Shown: positions 36,101 to 51,100 of the stretch, one piece after another
Layout: each line of letters opens with the position of its first letter
How positions within the stretch are numbered: position 1 is the stretch's first letter
NCBI RefSeq assembly: GCF_009914755.1
Contig: NC_060926.1
DNA: 64,000 bases
Strand: one strand, 5' to 3'
From: the human T2T-CHM13v2.0 reference genome, Homo sapiens
Notes under the pieces: model-generated
What the model was told of the DNA's origin: nothing
Seen by the model: the letters and a program-made list of their open reading frames with translations, nothing else
The model's database searches: none
Translations under genes and position numbers: made by a program

Positions 36101-39100
36101 CTCTTTTTGTGGAATCTGCAAGTGGATATTTGTCTAGCTTTGAGGATTTCGTTGGAAACGGGATTACATATAAAAAGCAGACAGCAGCATTCCCAGAAAC
36201 TTCTTTGTGATGTTTGCATTCAAGTCACAGAGTTGAACATTCCCTTTCATAGAGCAGGTTTGAAACACTCTTTTTGTAGTATCTGGATTTGGACATTTGG
36301 AGCCCTTTCAGGCCTATGGTGAAAAAGGAAATATCTTCCACTGAAAACTAGACAGAAGTATTATCAGAAACTTATTTGTGATGTGCGCCCTCAACTAACA
36401 GTGTTGAAGCTTTCTTTTGATAGAGCAGTTTTGAAATATTCTTTTTGTAAAATCTGCAAGAAGATATTTGGATAGCTTTGAGGATTTCGTTGGAAACGGG
36501 ATTGTCTTCATGTTAACCCTAGACAGTAGCATTCTCAGAAGCTTCATTGGGATGTTTCAATTGAAGTCACAGTGTTGAACAGTCCCTTTCATAGAGCAGG
36601 TTTGAAACACTCTTTTTGTAGCATCTGAAAGTGGACATTTGGAGCGTTCTCAGGACTACGGTGAAAAAGGAAATATCTTCCAATAAAAGCTAGATAGAAG
36701 CAATATCAGAAACTTTTTCATGATGTATCTACTCAGCTAAAAGAGTTGAACCTTTCTTTTGAGAGAGCAGTTGTGAAACACTATTTTTGTGGAAACTGCA
36801 AGTGGATATTTGTCTAGATTTGAGGATTTCGTTGGAAACGGGATTACATATAAAATCAGATAGCAGCATTCCCAGAAAGTTCTTTGTGAAATTTGCATTC
36901 AAGTCACAGACTTGAACATTCCCTTTCATAGAGCAGGTTTGAAACACTCTTTTTGTAGTATCTGGATGTGGACATTTGGAGCGCTTTCAGGCCTATGGTG
37001 AAAAAGGAAATATCTTCCCCTGAAAACTAGACAGAAGCATTCTCAGAAACTTATTTGTGATGTGCGCCCTCAACTAACAGTGTTGAACCTTTCTGTTGAT
37101 AGAGCAGTTTTGAAACACTCTTTTTGTAAAATCTGCAAGAGGATATTTGGATAGCTTTGAGGATTTCGTTGGAAACGGGATTGCCTTCATATAGAATCTA
37201 GACAGAAGCATTCTCAGAAGCTTCATTGGGATGTTTCAATTGAAGTCACAGTGTTGAACAGTCCCTTTCATAGAGCAGGTTTGAAACACTCTTTTTGTAG
37301 TATCTGGAAGTGGACATTTGGAGCGTTCTCAGGACTACAGTGAAAAAGGAAATATCTTCCAATAAAAGCTAGATAGAAGCAATGTCAGAAAATTTTTCAT
37401 GATGTATCTACTCAGCTAACAGAGTTGAACCTTTCTTTTGAGAGAGCAGTTTTGAAACACTCTTTTTGTGGAATCTGCAAGTGGATATTTGTCTAGCTTT
37501 GAGGATTGCGATGGAAACGGGATTCCATATAAAAAGCAGACAGCAGCATTCCCAGAAACTTCTTTGTGATATTTGCATTCAAGTCACAGACTTGAACATT
37601 CCCTTTCATAGAGCAGGTTTGAAACACTCTTTTTGTAGTATCTGGATGTGGACATTTGGAGCGCTTTCAGGCCTATGGTGAAAAAGGAAATATCTTCCCC
37701 TGAAAACTAGACAGAAGCATTCTCAGAAACTTATTTGTGATGTGCGCCCTCAACTAACAGTGTTAAACCTTTCTTTTTGTAGAGTAGTTTTGAAACACTC
37801 TTTTTGTAAAATCTGCAAGAGGATATTTGGATAGCTTTGAGGATTTCGTTGGAAACGGGATTGTCTTCATATTAACCCTAGACAGTAGCATTCTCAGAAG
37901 CTTCATTGGGATGTTTCAATTGAAGTCACAGTGTTGAACAGTCCCTTTCATAGAGCTGGTTTGAAACACTCTTTTTGTAGCATCAGGAAGTGGACATTTG
38001 GAGCGTTCTCAGGACTACGGTGAAAAAGGAAATATCTTCCAATAAAAGCTAGATAGAAGCAATGTCAGAAACTTTTTCATGATGTATCTACTCAGCTAAA
38101 AGAATTGAACCTTTCTTTTGCGAGAGCAGTTTTGAAACACTATTTTTGTGGAATCTGCAAGTGGATATTTGTCTAGCTTTGAGGATTTCGTTGGAAACGG
38201 GATTACATATAAAAAGCAGACAGCAGCATTCCCAGAAACTTCTTTGTGATGTTTGCATTCAAGTCACAGAGTTGAACATTCCGTTTCATAGAGCAGGTTT
38301 GAAACACTCCTTTTGTAGTATCTGGATGTGGACATTAGGAGCGCTCTCAGGCCTATGGTGAAAAAGGAAATATCTTCCCCTGCAAACTAGACAGAAGCAT
38401 TCTCAGAAACTTATTTGTGATGTGCGCCCTCAACTAACAATGTTGAACCTTTCTTTTGATAGAGTAGTTTTGAAGCACTCTTTTTGTAAAATCTGCAAGA
38501 GGATATTTGGATAGCTTTGAGGATTTCGTTGGAAACGGGATTGTCTTCATATAAACTCTTGAAAGTAGCATTCTGATAAGCTTCATTGGGATGTTTCAAT
38601 TGAAGTCACAGTGTTGAACAGTCCCTTTCATAGAGCAGGTTTGAAACACTCTTTTTGTAGTATCTGGAAGTGGATATTTGGAGAGTTCTCAGGAATACGG
38701 TGAAAAAGGAAATATCTTCCAATAAAAGCTAGATAGAAGCAATGTCAGAAAATTGTTCATGATGTATCTACTCAGCTAACAGAGTTGAACTTTTCTTTTG
38801 AGAGAGCAGTTTTGAAACACTCTTTTTGTGGAATCTGCAAGTGGATATTTGTCTAGCTTTGAGGATTTCGTTGGAAACGGGATTACATATAAAAAGCAGA
38901 CAGCAGCATTCCCAGAAACTTCTTTGTGATGTTTGCATTCAAGTCACAGAGTTGAACATTCCCTTTCATAGAGCAGGTTTGAAACACTCTTTTTGTAGTA
39001 TCTGGATTTGGACATTTGGAGCCCTTTCAGGCCTATGGTGAAAAAGGAAATATCTTCCACTGAAAACTAGACAGAAGTATTCTCAGAAACTTATTTGTGA

Positions 39101-42100
39101 TGTGCGCCCTCAACTAACAGTGTTGAAGCTTTCTTTTGATAGAGCAGTTTTGAAATATTCTTTTTGTAAAATCTGCAAGAAGATATTTGGATAGCTTTGA
39201 GGATTTCGTTGGAAACGGGATTGTCTTCATGTTAACCCTAGACAGTAGCATTCTCAGAAGCTTCATTGGGATGTTTCAATTGAAGTCACAGTGTTGAACA
39301 GTCCCTTTCATAGAGCAGGTTTGAAACACTCTTTTTGTAGCATCTGGAAGTGGACATTTGGAGCGTTCTCAGGACTACGGTGAAAAAGGAAATATCTTCC
39401 AATAAAAGCTAGATAGAAGCAATGTCAGAAAATTGTTCATGATGTATCTACTCAGCTAACAGAGTTGAACTTTTCTTTTGAGAGAGCAGTTTTGAAACAC
39501 TCTTTTTGTGGAATCTGCAAGTGGATATTTGTCTAGCTTTGAGGATTTCGTTGGAAACGGGATTACATATAAAAAGCAGACAGCAGCATTCCCAGAAACT
39601 TCTTTGTGATGTTTGCATTCAAGTCACAGAGTTGAACATTCCCTTTCATAGAGCAGGTTTGAAACACTCTTTTTGTAGTATCTGGATTTGGACATTTGGA
39701 GCCCTTTCAGGCCTATGGTGAAAAAGGAAATATCTTCCCCTGAAAACTAGACAGAAGCATTCTCAGAAACTTATTTGTGATGTGCGCCCTCAACTAACAG
39801 TGTTGAAGCTTTCTTTTGATAGAGCAGTTTTGAAACACTCTTTTTGTAAAATCTGCAAGAGGATATTTGGATAGCTTTGAGGATTTCGTTGGAAACGGGA
39901 TTGTCTTCATATAGAATCTAGACAGAAGCATTCTCAGAAGCTTCATTCGGATGTTTCAATTGAAGTCACAGTGTTGAACAGTCCCTTTCATAGAGCATGT
40001 TTGAAACACTCTTTTTGTAGTATCTGGAAGTGGACATTTGGAGCGTTCTCAGGACTACAGTGAAAAAGGAAATATCTTCCAATAAAAGCTAGATAGAAGC
40101 AATGTCAGAAAATTTTTCATGATGTATCTACTCAGCTAACAGAGTTGAACCTTTCTTTTGAGAGAGCAGTTTTGAAACACTCTTTTTGTGTAATCTGCAA
40201 GTGGATATTTGTCTAGTTTTGAGGATTGCGTTGGAAACGGGATTACATATAAAAAGCAGACAGCAGCATTCCCAGAAATTTCTTTGTGATATTTGCATTC
40301 AAGTCACATACTTGAAGATTCCCTTTCATAGAGCAGGTTTGAAACACTCTTTTTGTAGTATCTGGATGTGGACATTTGGAGCGCTTTCAGGCCTATGGTG
40401 AAAAAGGAAATATCTTCCCCTGCAAACTAGATAGAAGCATTCTCAGAAACTTATTTGTGATGTGCGCCCTCAACTAACAGTGTTGAACCTTTCTTTTGAT
40501 AGAGCAGTTTCGAAACATTCTTTTTGTAAAATCTGCAAGAGGATATTTGCATAGCTTTGAGGATTTCGTTGGAAACGGGATTGTCTTCATATAGAATCTA
40601 GACAGAATCATTCTCAGAAGCTTCATTGGGATGTTTCAATTGAAGTCACAGTGTTGAACAGTCCCTTTCATAGAGCAGATTTGAAACACTCTTTTTGTAG
40701 TATCTGGAAGTGGACATTTGGAGCGTTCTCAGGACTACAGTGAAAAAGGAAATCTCTTCCAATAAAAGCTAGATAGAAGCAATGTCAGAAAATTTTTCAT
40801 GATGTGTCTACGCAGCTAACAGAGTTGAACCTTTCTTTTGAGAGAGCAGTTTTGAAACACTCTTTTTGTGGAATCTGCAAGTGGATATTTGTCTAGCTTT
40901 GAGGATTGCGTTGGAAACGGGATTACATATAAAAAGCAGAGAGCAGCATTCCCAGAAACTTCTTTGTGATATTTGCATTGAAGTCACAGACTTGAACATT
41001 CCCTTCCATAGAGCAGGTTTGAAACACTCTTTTTGTAGTATCTGGATGTGGACATTTGGAGCGCTTTCAGGCCTATGGTGAAAAAGGAAATATCTTCCCC
41101 TGAAAACTAGACAGAAGCATTCTCAGAAACTTATTTGTGATGTGCGCCCTCAACTAACAGTGTTAAACCTTTCTTTTGATAGTGTAGTTTTGAAACACTC
41201 TTTTTGTAAAATCTGCAAGAGGATATTTGGATAGCTTTGAGGATTTCGTTGGAAACGGGATTGTCTTCATATAAACTCTAGACAGTAGCATACTCAGAAG
41301 TTTCATTGGGATGTTTCAACTGAAGTCACAGAGTTGAACAGTCCCTTTCATAGAGCAGGTTTGAAACACTCTTTTTGTAGTATCTGGAAGTGGACATTTG
41401 GAGCGCTCTCAGGACTACGGTGAAAAAAGAAATATCTTCCAATAAAAGCTAGATAGAAGCAATGTCAGAAACTTTTTCATGATGTATCTACTCAGCTAAC
41501 AGAGTTGAACCTTTCTTTTGAGAGAGCAGATTTGAAACACTCTTTTTGTGAAATCTGCAAGTGGATATTTGTCTAGCTTTGAGGATTTCGTTGGAAACGG
41601 GATTACATATAAAAAGCAGACAGCAGCATTCCCAGAAACTTCTTTGTGATGTTTGCATTCAAGTCACAGAGTTGAACATTCCCTTTCATAGAGCAGGTTT
41701 GAAACACTCTTTTTGTAGTATCTGGATGTGGACATTTGGAGCGCTTTCAGGCCTATGGTGAAAAAGGAAATATCTTCCACTGAAAACTAGACAGAAGTAG
41801 TCTCAGAAACTTATTTGTGATGTGCGCCCTCAACTAACAGTGTTGAAGCTTTCTTTTGATAGAGCAGTTTTGAAACATTCTTTTTGTAAAATCTGCAAGA
41901 GGATATTTGGATAGCTTTGAGGATTTCGTTGGAAACGGGATTGTCTTCATATTAACCCTAGACAGTAGCATTCTCAGAAGCTTCATTGGGATGTTTCAAT
42001 TGAAGTCACAGTGTTGAACAGTCCCTTTCATAGAGCAGGTTTGAAACACTCTTTTTGTAGCATCTGGAAGTGGACATTTGGAGCGTTCTCAGGACTACGG

Positions 42101-45100
42101 TGAAAAAGGAAATATCTTCCAATAAAAGCTAGATAGAAGCAATGTCAGAAACTTTTTCATGATGTATCTACTCAGCTAAAAGAGTTGAACCTTTCTTTTG
42201 AGAGAGCAGTTTTGAAACACTCTTTTTGTGGAATCTGCAAGTGGATATTTGTCTAGCTTTGAGGATTGCGTTGGAAACGGGATTACATATAAAAAGCAGA
42301 CAGCAGCATTCCCAGAAACTTCTTTGTGATATTTGCATTCAAGTCACAGACTTGAACATTCCCTTCCATAGAGCAGGTTTGAAACACTCTTTTTGTAGTA
42401 TCTGGATGTGGACATTTGGAGCGCTTTCAGGCTTATGATGAAAAAGGTAATATCTTCCCCTGAAAACTAGACAGAAGCATTCTCAGAAACTTATTTGTGA
42501 TGTGCGCCCTCAACTAACAGTGTTAAACCTTTCTTTTGATAGAGTAGTTTTGAAACACTCTTTTTGTAAAATCTGCAAGAGGATATTTGGATAGCTTTGA
42601 GGATTTCGTTGGAAACGGGATTGTCTTCATATAAACTCTAGACAGTAGCATTCTCAGAAGCTTCATTGGGATGTTTCAACTGAAGTCACAGTGTTGAACA
42701 GTCCCTTTCATAGAGCAGGTTTGAAACACTCTTTTTGTAGCATCTGGAAGTGGACATTTGCAGCGCTCTCAGGACTACGGTGAAAAAGGAAATATCTTCC
42801 AATAAAAGCTAGATAGAAGCAATGTCAGAAACTTTTTCATGATGTATCTACTCAGCTAACAGAGTTGAACCTTTCTTTTGAGAGAGCAGTTTTGAAACAC
42901 TCTTTTTGTGGAATCTGCAAGTGGATATTTGTCTAGCTTTGAGGATTTCGTTGGAAACGGGATTACATATAAAAAGCAGATAGCAGCATTCCCAGAAACT
43001 TCTTTGTGATGTTTGCATTCAAGTCACAGAGTTGAACATTCCCTTTCATAGAGCAGGTTTGAAACACTCTTTTTGTAGTATCTGGATTTGGAGATTTGGA
43101 GCGCTTTCAGGCCTATGGTGAAAAAGGAAATATCTTCCACTGAAAACTAGACAGAAGTAGTCTCAGAAACTTATTTGTGATGTGCGCCCTCAACTAACAG
43201 TGTTGAAGCTTTCTTTTGACAGAGCAGTTTTGAAACATTCTTTTTGTAAAATCTGCAAGAGGATATTTGGATAGCTTTTAGGATTTCGTTGGAAACGGGA
43301 TTGTCTTCATATTAACCCTAGACAGTAGCATTCTCAGAAGCTTCATTGGGATGTTTCAATTGAAGTCACAGTGTTGAACAGTCCCCTTCATAGAGCAGGT
43401 TTGAAACACTCTTTTTGTAGCATCTGGAAGTGGACATTTGGAGCGTTCTCAGGACTATGGTGAAAAAGGAAATAACTTCCAATAAAAGCTAGATAGAAGC
43501 AATGTCAGAAACTTTTTCATGATGTATCTACTCAGCTAAAAGAGTTGAACCTTTCTTTTGAGAGAGCAGTTTTGAAACACTATTTTTGTGGAATCTGCAA
43601 GTGGATATTTGTCTAGCTTTGAGGATTTCGTTGGAAACGGGATTACATATAAAAAGCAGACAGCAGCATTCCCAGAAAGTTCATTGTGAAATTTGCATTC
43701 AAGTCACAGACTTGAACATTCCCTTTCATAGAGCAGGTTTGAAACACACTTTTTGTAGTATCTGGATGTGGACATTTGGAGCGCTTTCAGGCCTATGGTG
43801 AAAAAGGAAATATCTTCCCCTGTAAATTAGACAGAAGCATTCTCAGAAACTTATTTGTGATGTGCGCCCTCAACTAACAGTGTTGAACCTTTCTTTTGAT
43901 AGAGCAGTTTTGAAACACTCTTTTGTAAAATCTGCAAGAGGATATTTGGATAGCTTTGAGGATTTCGTTGGAAACGGGATTGTCTTCATATAGAATCTAG
44001 ACAGAAGCATTCTCAGAAGCTTCATTGGGATGTTTCAATTGAAGTCACAGTGTTGAACAGTACCTTTCATAGAGCAGGTTTGAAACACTCTTTTTGTAGT
44101 ATCTGGAAGTGGACATTTGGAGCGTTCTCAGGACTACAGTGAAAAAGGAAATATCTTCCAATAAAAGCTAGATAGAAGCAATGTCAGAAAATTTTTCATG
44201 ATGTATCTACTCAGCTAACAGAGTTGAACCTTTCTTTTGAGAGAGCAGTTTGGAAACCCTCTTTTTGTGGAATCTGCAAGTGGATATTTCTCTAGCTTTG
44301 AGGATTGCGTTTGAAACGGGGTTACATATAAAAAGCAGACAGCATCATTCCCAGAAACTTCTTTGTGATATTTGCATTCAAGTCACAGTCTTGAACATTC
44401 CCTTTCATAGCGCAGGTTTGAAACACTCTTTTTGAAGTATCTGGATGTGGACATTTGGAGCGCTTTCAGGCCTATGGTGAAAAAGGAAATATGTTCCCCT
44501 GAAAACTAGACAGAAGCATTCTCAGAAACTTATTTGTGATGTGCGCCCTCAACTAACAGTGTTGAAGCTTTCTTTTGATAGAGCAGTTTTGAAACACTCT
44601 TTTTGTAAAATCTGCAAGAGGATATTTGGATAGCTTTGAGGATTTCGTTGGAAACGGGATTGTCTTCATATTAACCCTAGACAGTAGCATTCTCAGAAGC
44701 TTCATTGGGATGTTTCAATTGAAGTCACAGTGTTGAACAGTCCCTTTCATAGAGCAGGTTTGAAACACTCTTTTTGTAGCATCTGGAAGTGGACATTTGG
44801 AGCGTTCTCAGGACTACGGTGAAAAAGGAAATATCTTCCAATAAAAGCTAGATAGAAGCAATGTCAGAAACTTTTTCATGATGTATCTACTCAGCTAAAA
44901 GAGTTGAACCTTTCTTTTGCGAGAGCAGTTTTGAAACACTATTTTTGTGGAATCTGCAAGTGGATATTTGTCTAGCTTTGAGGATTTCGTTGGAAACGGG
45001 ATTACATATAAAAAGCAGACAGCAGCATTCCCAGAAACTTCTTTGTGAAATTTGCATTCAAGTCACAGACTTGAACATTCCCTTTCATAGAGCAGGTTTG

Positions 45101-48100
45101 AAACACTCTTTTTGTAGTATCTGGATGTGGACATTTTGAGCGCTTTCAGGCCTATGGTGAAAAAGGAAATATCTTCCCCTGAAAACTAGACAGAAGCATT
45201 CCCAGAAACTTATTTGTGATGTGCGCCCTCAACTAACAGTGTTGAACCTTTCTTTTGATAGAGCAGTTTTGAAACACTCTTTTTGTAAAATCTGCAAGAG
45301 GATATTTGGATAGCTTTGAGGATTTCGTTGGAAACGGGATTGTCTTCATATAGAATCTAGACAGAAGCATTCTCAGAAGCTTCATTCGGATGTTTCAATT
45401 GAAGTCACAGTGTTGAACAGTCCCTTTCATAGAGCATGTTTGAAACACTCTTTTTGTAGCATCTGGAAGTGGACATTTGGAGCGTTCTCAGGACTACAGT
45501 GAAAAAGGAAATATCTTCCAATAAAAGCTAGATAGAAGCAATGTCAGAAAATTTTTCATGATGTATCTACTCAGCTAACAGAGTTGAACCTTTCTTTTGA
45601 GAGAGCAGTTTTGAAACACTCTTTTTGTGTAATCTGCAAGTGGATATTTGTCTAGTTTTGAGGATTGCGTTGGAAACGGGATTACATATAAAAAGCAGAC
45701 AGCAGCATTCCCAGAAACTTCTTTGTGATATTTGCATTCAAGTCACAGACTTCAACATTCCCTTTCATAGAGCAGGTTTGAAACACTCTTTTTGTAGTAT
45801 CTGGATGTGGACATTTGGAGCGCTTTCAGGCCTATGGTGAAAAAGGAAATATCTTCCCCTGCAAACTGGATAGAAGCATTCTCAGAAACTTATTTGTGAT
45901 GTGCGCCCTCAACTAACAGTGTTGAACCTTTCTTTTGATAGAGCAGTTTCGAAACATTCTTTTTGTAAAATCTGCAAGAGGATATTTGCATAGCTTTTAG
46001 GATTTCGTTGGAAACGGGATTGTCTTCATATAGAATCTAGACAGAATCATTCTCAGAAGCTTCATTGGGTTGTTTCAATTGAAGTCACAGTGTTGAACAG
46101 TCCCTTTCATAGAGCAGGTTTGAAACACTCTTTTTGTAGTATCTGGAAGTGGACATTTGGAGCGTTCTCAGGACTACAGTGAAAAAGGAAATATCTTCCA
46201 ATAAAAGCTAGATAGAAGCAATGTCAGAAAATTTTTCATGATGTGTCTACTCAGCTAACAGAGTTGAACCTTTCTTTTGAGAGAGCAGTTTTGAAACACT
46301 CTTTTTGTGGAATCTGCAAGTGGATATTTGTCTAGCTTTGAGGATTGCGTTGGAAACGGGATTACATATAAAAAGCAGACAGCAGCATTCCCAGAAACTT
46401 CTTTGTGATATTTGCATTCAAGTCACAGACTTGAACATTCCCTTCCATAGAGCAGGTTTGAAACACTCTTTTTGTAGTATCTGGATGTGGACATTTGGAG
46501 CGCTTTCAGGCCTATGGTGAAAAAGGAAATATCTTCCCCTGAAAACTAGACAGAAGCATTCTCAGAAACTTATTTGTGATGTGCGCCCTCAACTAACAGT
46601 GTTAAACCTTTCTTTTGATAGAGTAGTTTTGAAACACTCTTTTTGTAAAATCTGCAAGAGGATATTTGGATAGCTTTGAGGATTTCGTTGGAAACGGGAT
46701 TGTCTTCATATAAACTCTAGACAGTAGCATTCTCAGAAGCTTCATTGGGATGTTTCAACTGAAGTCACAGTGTTGAACAGTCCCTTTCATAGAGCAGGTT
46801 TGAAACACTCTTTTTGTAGTATCTGGAAGTGGACATTTGGAGCGCTCTCAGGACTACGGTGAAAAAGGAAATATCTTCCAATAAAAGCTAGATAGAAGCA
46901 ATGTCAGAAACTTTTTCATGATGTATCTACTCAGCTAACAGAGTTGAACCTTTCTTTTGAGAGAGCAGTTTTGAAACACTCTTTTTGTGGAATCTGCAAG
47001 TGGATATTTGTCTAGCTTTGAGGATTTCGTTGGAAACGGGATTACATATAAAAAGCAGACAGCAGCATTCCCAGAAACTTCTTTGTGATGTTTGCATTCA
47101 ATTCACAGAGTTGAACATTCCCTTTCATAGAGCAGGTTTGAAAAACTCTTTTTGTAGTATCTGGATGTGGACATTTGGAGCGCTTTCAGGCCTATGGTGA
47201 AAAAAGAAATATGTTCCCCTGAAAACTAGACAGAAGCATTCTCAGAAACTTATTTGTGATGTGCGCCCTCAACTAACAGTGTTGAACCTTTCTTTTGATA
47301 GAGCAGTTTTGAAACACTCTTTTGTAAAATCTGCAAGAGGATATTTGGATAGCTTTGAGGATTTCGTTGGAAACGGGATTGTCTTCATATAGAATCTAGA
47401 CAGAAGCATTCTCAGAAGCTTCATTGGGATGTTTCAATTGAAGTCACAGTGTTGAACAGTACCTTTCATAGAGCAGGTTTGAAACACTCTTTTTGTAGTA
47501 TCTGGAAGTGGACATTTGGAGCGTTCTCAGGACTACGGTGAAAAAGGAAATATCTTCCAATAAAAGCTAGATAGAAGCAATGTCAGAAACTTTTTCATGA
47601 TGTATCTACTCAGCTAAAAGAGTTGAACCTTTCTTTTGCGAGAGCAGTTTTGAAACACTATTTTTGTGGAATCTGCAAGTGGATATTTGTCTAGCTTTGA
47701 GGATTTCGTTGGAAACGGGATTACATATAAAAAGCAGACAGCAGCATTCCCAGAAACTTCTTTGTGAAATTTGCATTCAAGTCACAGACTTGAACATTCC
47801 CTTTCATAGAGCAGGTTTGAAACACTCTTTTTGTAGTATCTGGATGTGGACATTTGGAGCGCTTTCAGGCCTATGGTGAAAAAGGAAATATCTTCCCCTG
47901 AAAACTAGACAGAAGCATTCCCAGAAACTTATTTGTGATGTGCGCCCTCAACTAACAGTGTTGAACCTTTCTTTTGATAGAGCAGTTTTGAAACACTCTT
48001 TTTGTAAAATCTGCAAGAGGATATTTGGATAGCTTTGAGGATTTCGTTGGAAACGGGATTGTCTTCATATAGAATCTAGACAGAAGCATTCTCAGAAGCT

Positions 48101-51100
48101 TCATTCGGATGTTTCAATTGAAGTCACAGTGTTGAACAGTCCCTTTCATAGAGCATGTTTGAAACACTCTTTTTGTAGTATCTGGAAGTGGACATTTGGA
48201 GCGTTCTCAGGACTACAGTGAAAAAGGAAATATCTTCCAATAAAAGCTAGATAGAAGCAATGTCAGAAAATTTTTCATGATGTATCTACTCAGCTAACAG
48301 AGTTGAACCTTTCTTTTGAGAGAGCAGTTTTGAAACACTCTTTTTGTGTAATCTGCAAGTGGATATTTGTCTAGTTTTGAGGATTGCGTTGGAAACGGGA
48401 TTACATATAAAAAGCAGACAGCAGCATTCCCAGAAACTTCTTTGTGATATTTGCATTCAAGTCACAGACTTGAACATTCCCTTTCATAGAGCAGGTTTGA
48501 AACACTCTTTTTGTAGTATCTGGATGTGGACATTTGGAGCGCTTTCAGGCCTATGGTGAAAAAGGAAATATCTTCCCCTGCAAACTAGATAGAAGCATTC
48601 TCAGAAACTTATTTGTGATGTGCGCCCTCAACTAACAGTGTTGAACCTTTCTTTTGATAGAGCAGTTTCGAAACATTCTTTTTGTAAAATCTGCAAGAGG
48701 ATATTTGCATAGCTTTGAGGATTTCGTTGGAAACGGGATTGTCTTCATATAGAATCTAGACAGAATCATTCTCAGAAGCTTCATTGGGATGTTTCAATTG
48801 AAGTCACAGTGTTGAACAGTCCCTTTCATAGAGCAGATTTGAAACACTCTTTTTGTAGTATCTGGAAGTGGACATTTGGAGCGTTCTCAGGACTACAGTG
48901 AAAAAGGAAATATCTTCCAATAAAAGCTAGATAGAAGCAATGTCAGAAAATTGTTCATGATGTGTCTACTCAGCTAACAGAGTTGAACCTTTCTTTTGAG
49001 AGAGCAGTTTTGAAACACTCTTTTTGTGGAATCTGGAAGTGGATATTTGTCTAGCTTTGAGGATTGCGTTGGAAACGGGATTACATATAAAAAGCAGACA
49101 GCAGCATTCCCAGAAACTTCTTTGTGATATTTGCATTCAAGTCACAGACTTGAACATTCCCTTCCATAGAGCAGGTTTGAAACACTCTTTTTGTAGTATC
49201 TGGATGTGGACATTTGGAGCGCTTCCAGGCCTATGGTGAAAAAGGAAATATCTTCCCCTGAAAACTAGACAGAAGCATTCTCAGAAACTTATTTGTGATG
49301 TGCGCCTTCAACTAACAGTGTTAAACCTTTCTTTTGTTAGAGTAGTTTTGAAACACTCTTTTTGTAAAATCTGCAAGAGGATATTTGGATAGCTTTGAGG
49401 ATTTCGTTGGAAACGGGATTGTCTTCATATAAACTCTAGACAGTAGCATTCTCAGAAGCTTCATTGGGATGTTTCAACTGAAGTCACAGTGTTGAACAGT
49501 CCCTTTCATAGAGCAGGTTTGAAACACTCTTTTTGTAGTATCTGGAAGTGGACATTTGGAGCGCTCTCAGGACTACGGTGAAAAAGGAAATATCTTCCAA
49601 TAAAAGCTAGATAGAAGCAATGTCAGAAACTTTTTCATGATGTATCTACTCAGCTAACAGAGTTGAAACTTTCTTTTGAGAGAGCAGTTTTGAAACACTC
49701 TTTTTGTGGAATCTGCAAGTGGATATTTGTCTAGCTTTGAGGATTTCGTTGGAAACGGGATTACATATAAAAAGCAGACAGCAGCATTCCCAGAAACTTC
49801 TTTGTGATGTTTGCATTCAAGTCACAGAGTTGAACATTCCCTTTCATAGAGCAGGTTTGAAACACTCTTTTTGTAGTATCTGGATGTGGACATTTGGAGC
49901 GCTTTCAGGCCTATGGTGAAAAAGGAAATATCTTCCACTGAAAACTAGACAGAAGTAGTCTCAGAAACTTATTTGTGATGTGCGCCCTCAACTAACAGTG
50001 TTGAAGCTTTCTTTTGATAGAGCAGTTTTGAAACATTCTTTTTGTAAAATCTGCAAGAGGATATTTGGATAGCTTTGAGGATTTCGTTGGAAACGGGATT
50101 GTCTTCATATTAACCCTAGACAGTAGCATTCTCAGAAGCTTCATTGGGATGTTTCAATTGAAGTCACAGTGTTGAACAGTCCCTTTCATAGAGCAGGTTT
50201 GAAACACTCTTTTTGTAGCATCTGGAAGTGGACATTTGGAGCGTTCTCAGGACTACGGTGAAAAAGGAAATATCTTCCAATAAAAGCTAGATAGAAGCAA
50301 TGTCAGAAACTTTTTCATGATGTATCTACTCAGCTAAAAGAGTCGAACCTTTCTTTTGAGAGAGCAGTTTTGAAACACTATTTTTGTGGAAACTGCAAGT
50401 GGATATGTGTCTACCTTTGAGGATTTCGTTGGAAACGGGATTACATATAAAATCAGACAGCAGCATTCCCAGAAAGTTCCTTGTGAAATTTGCATTCAAG
50501 TCACAGACTTGAACATTCCCTTTCATAGAGCAGGTTTGAAACACTCTTTTTGTAGTATCTGGATGTGGACATTTGGAGCGCTTTCAGGCCTATGGTGAAA
50601 AAGGAAATATCTTCCCCTGAAAACTAGACAGAAGCATTCTCAGAAACTTATTTGTGATGTGCGCCCTCAACTAACAGTGTTGAACCTTTCTTTTGATAGA
50701 GCAGTTTTGAAACACTCTTTTTGTAAAATCTGCAAGAGGATATTTGGATAGCTTTGAGGATTTCGTTGGAAACGGGATTGTCTTCATATAGAATCTAGAC
50801 AGAAGCATTCTCAGAAGCTTCATGCGGATGTTTCAATTGAAGTCACAGTGTTGAACAGTCCCTTTCAAAGAGCATGTTTGAAACACTCTTTTTGTAGTAT
50901 CTGGAAGTGGACATTTGGAGCGTTCTCAGGACTACAGTGAAAAAGGAAATATCTTCCAATAAAAGCTAGATAGAAGCAATGTCAGAAAATTTTTCATGAT
51001 GTATCTACTCAGCTAACAGAGTTGAACCTTTCTTTTGAGAGAGCAGTTTTGAAACACTCTTTTTGTGTAATCTGCAAGTGGATATTTGTCTAGTTTTGAG

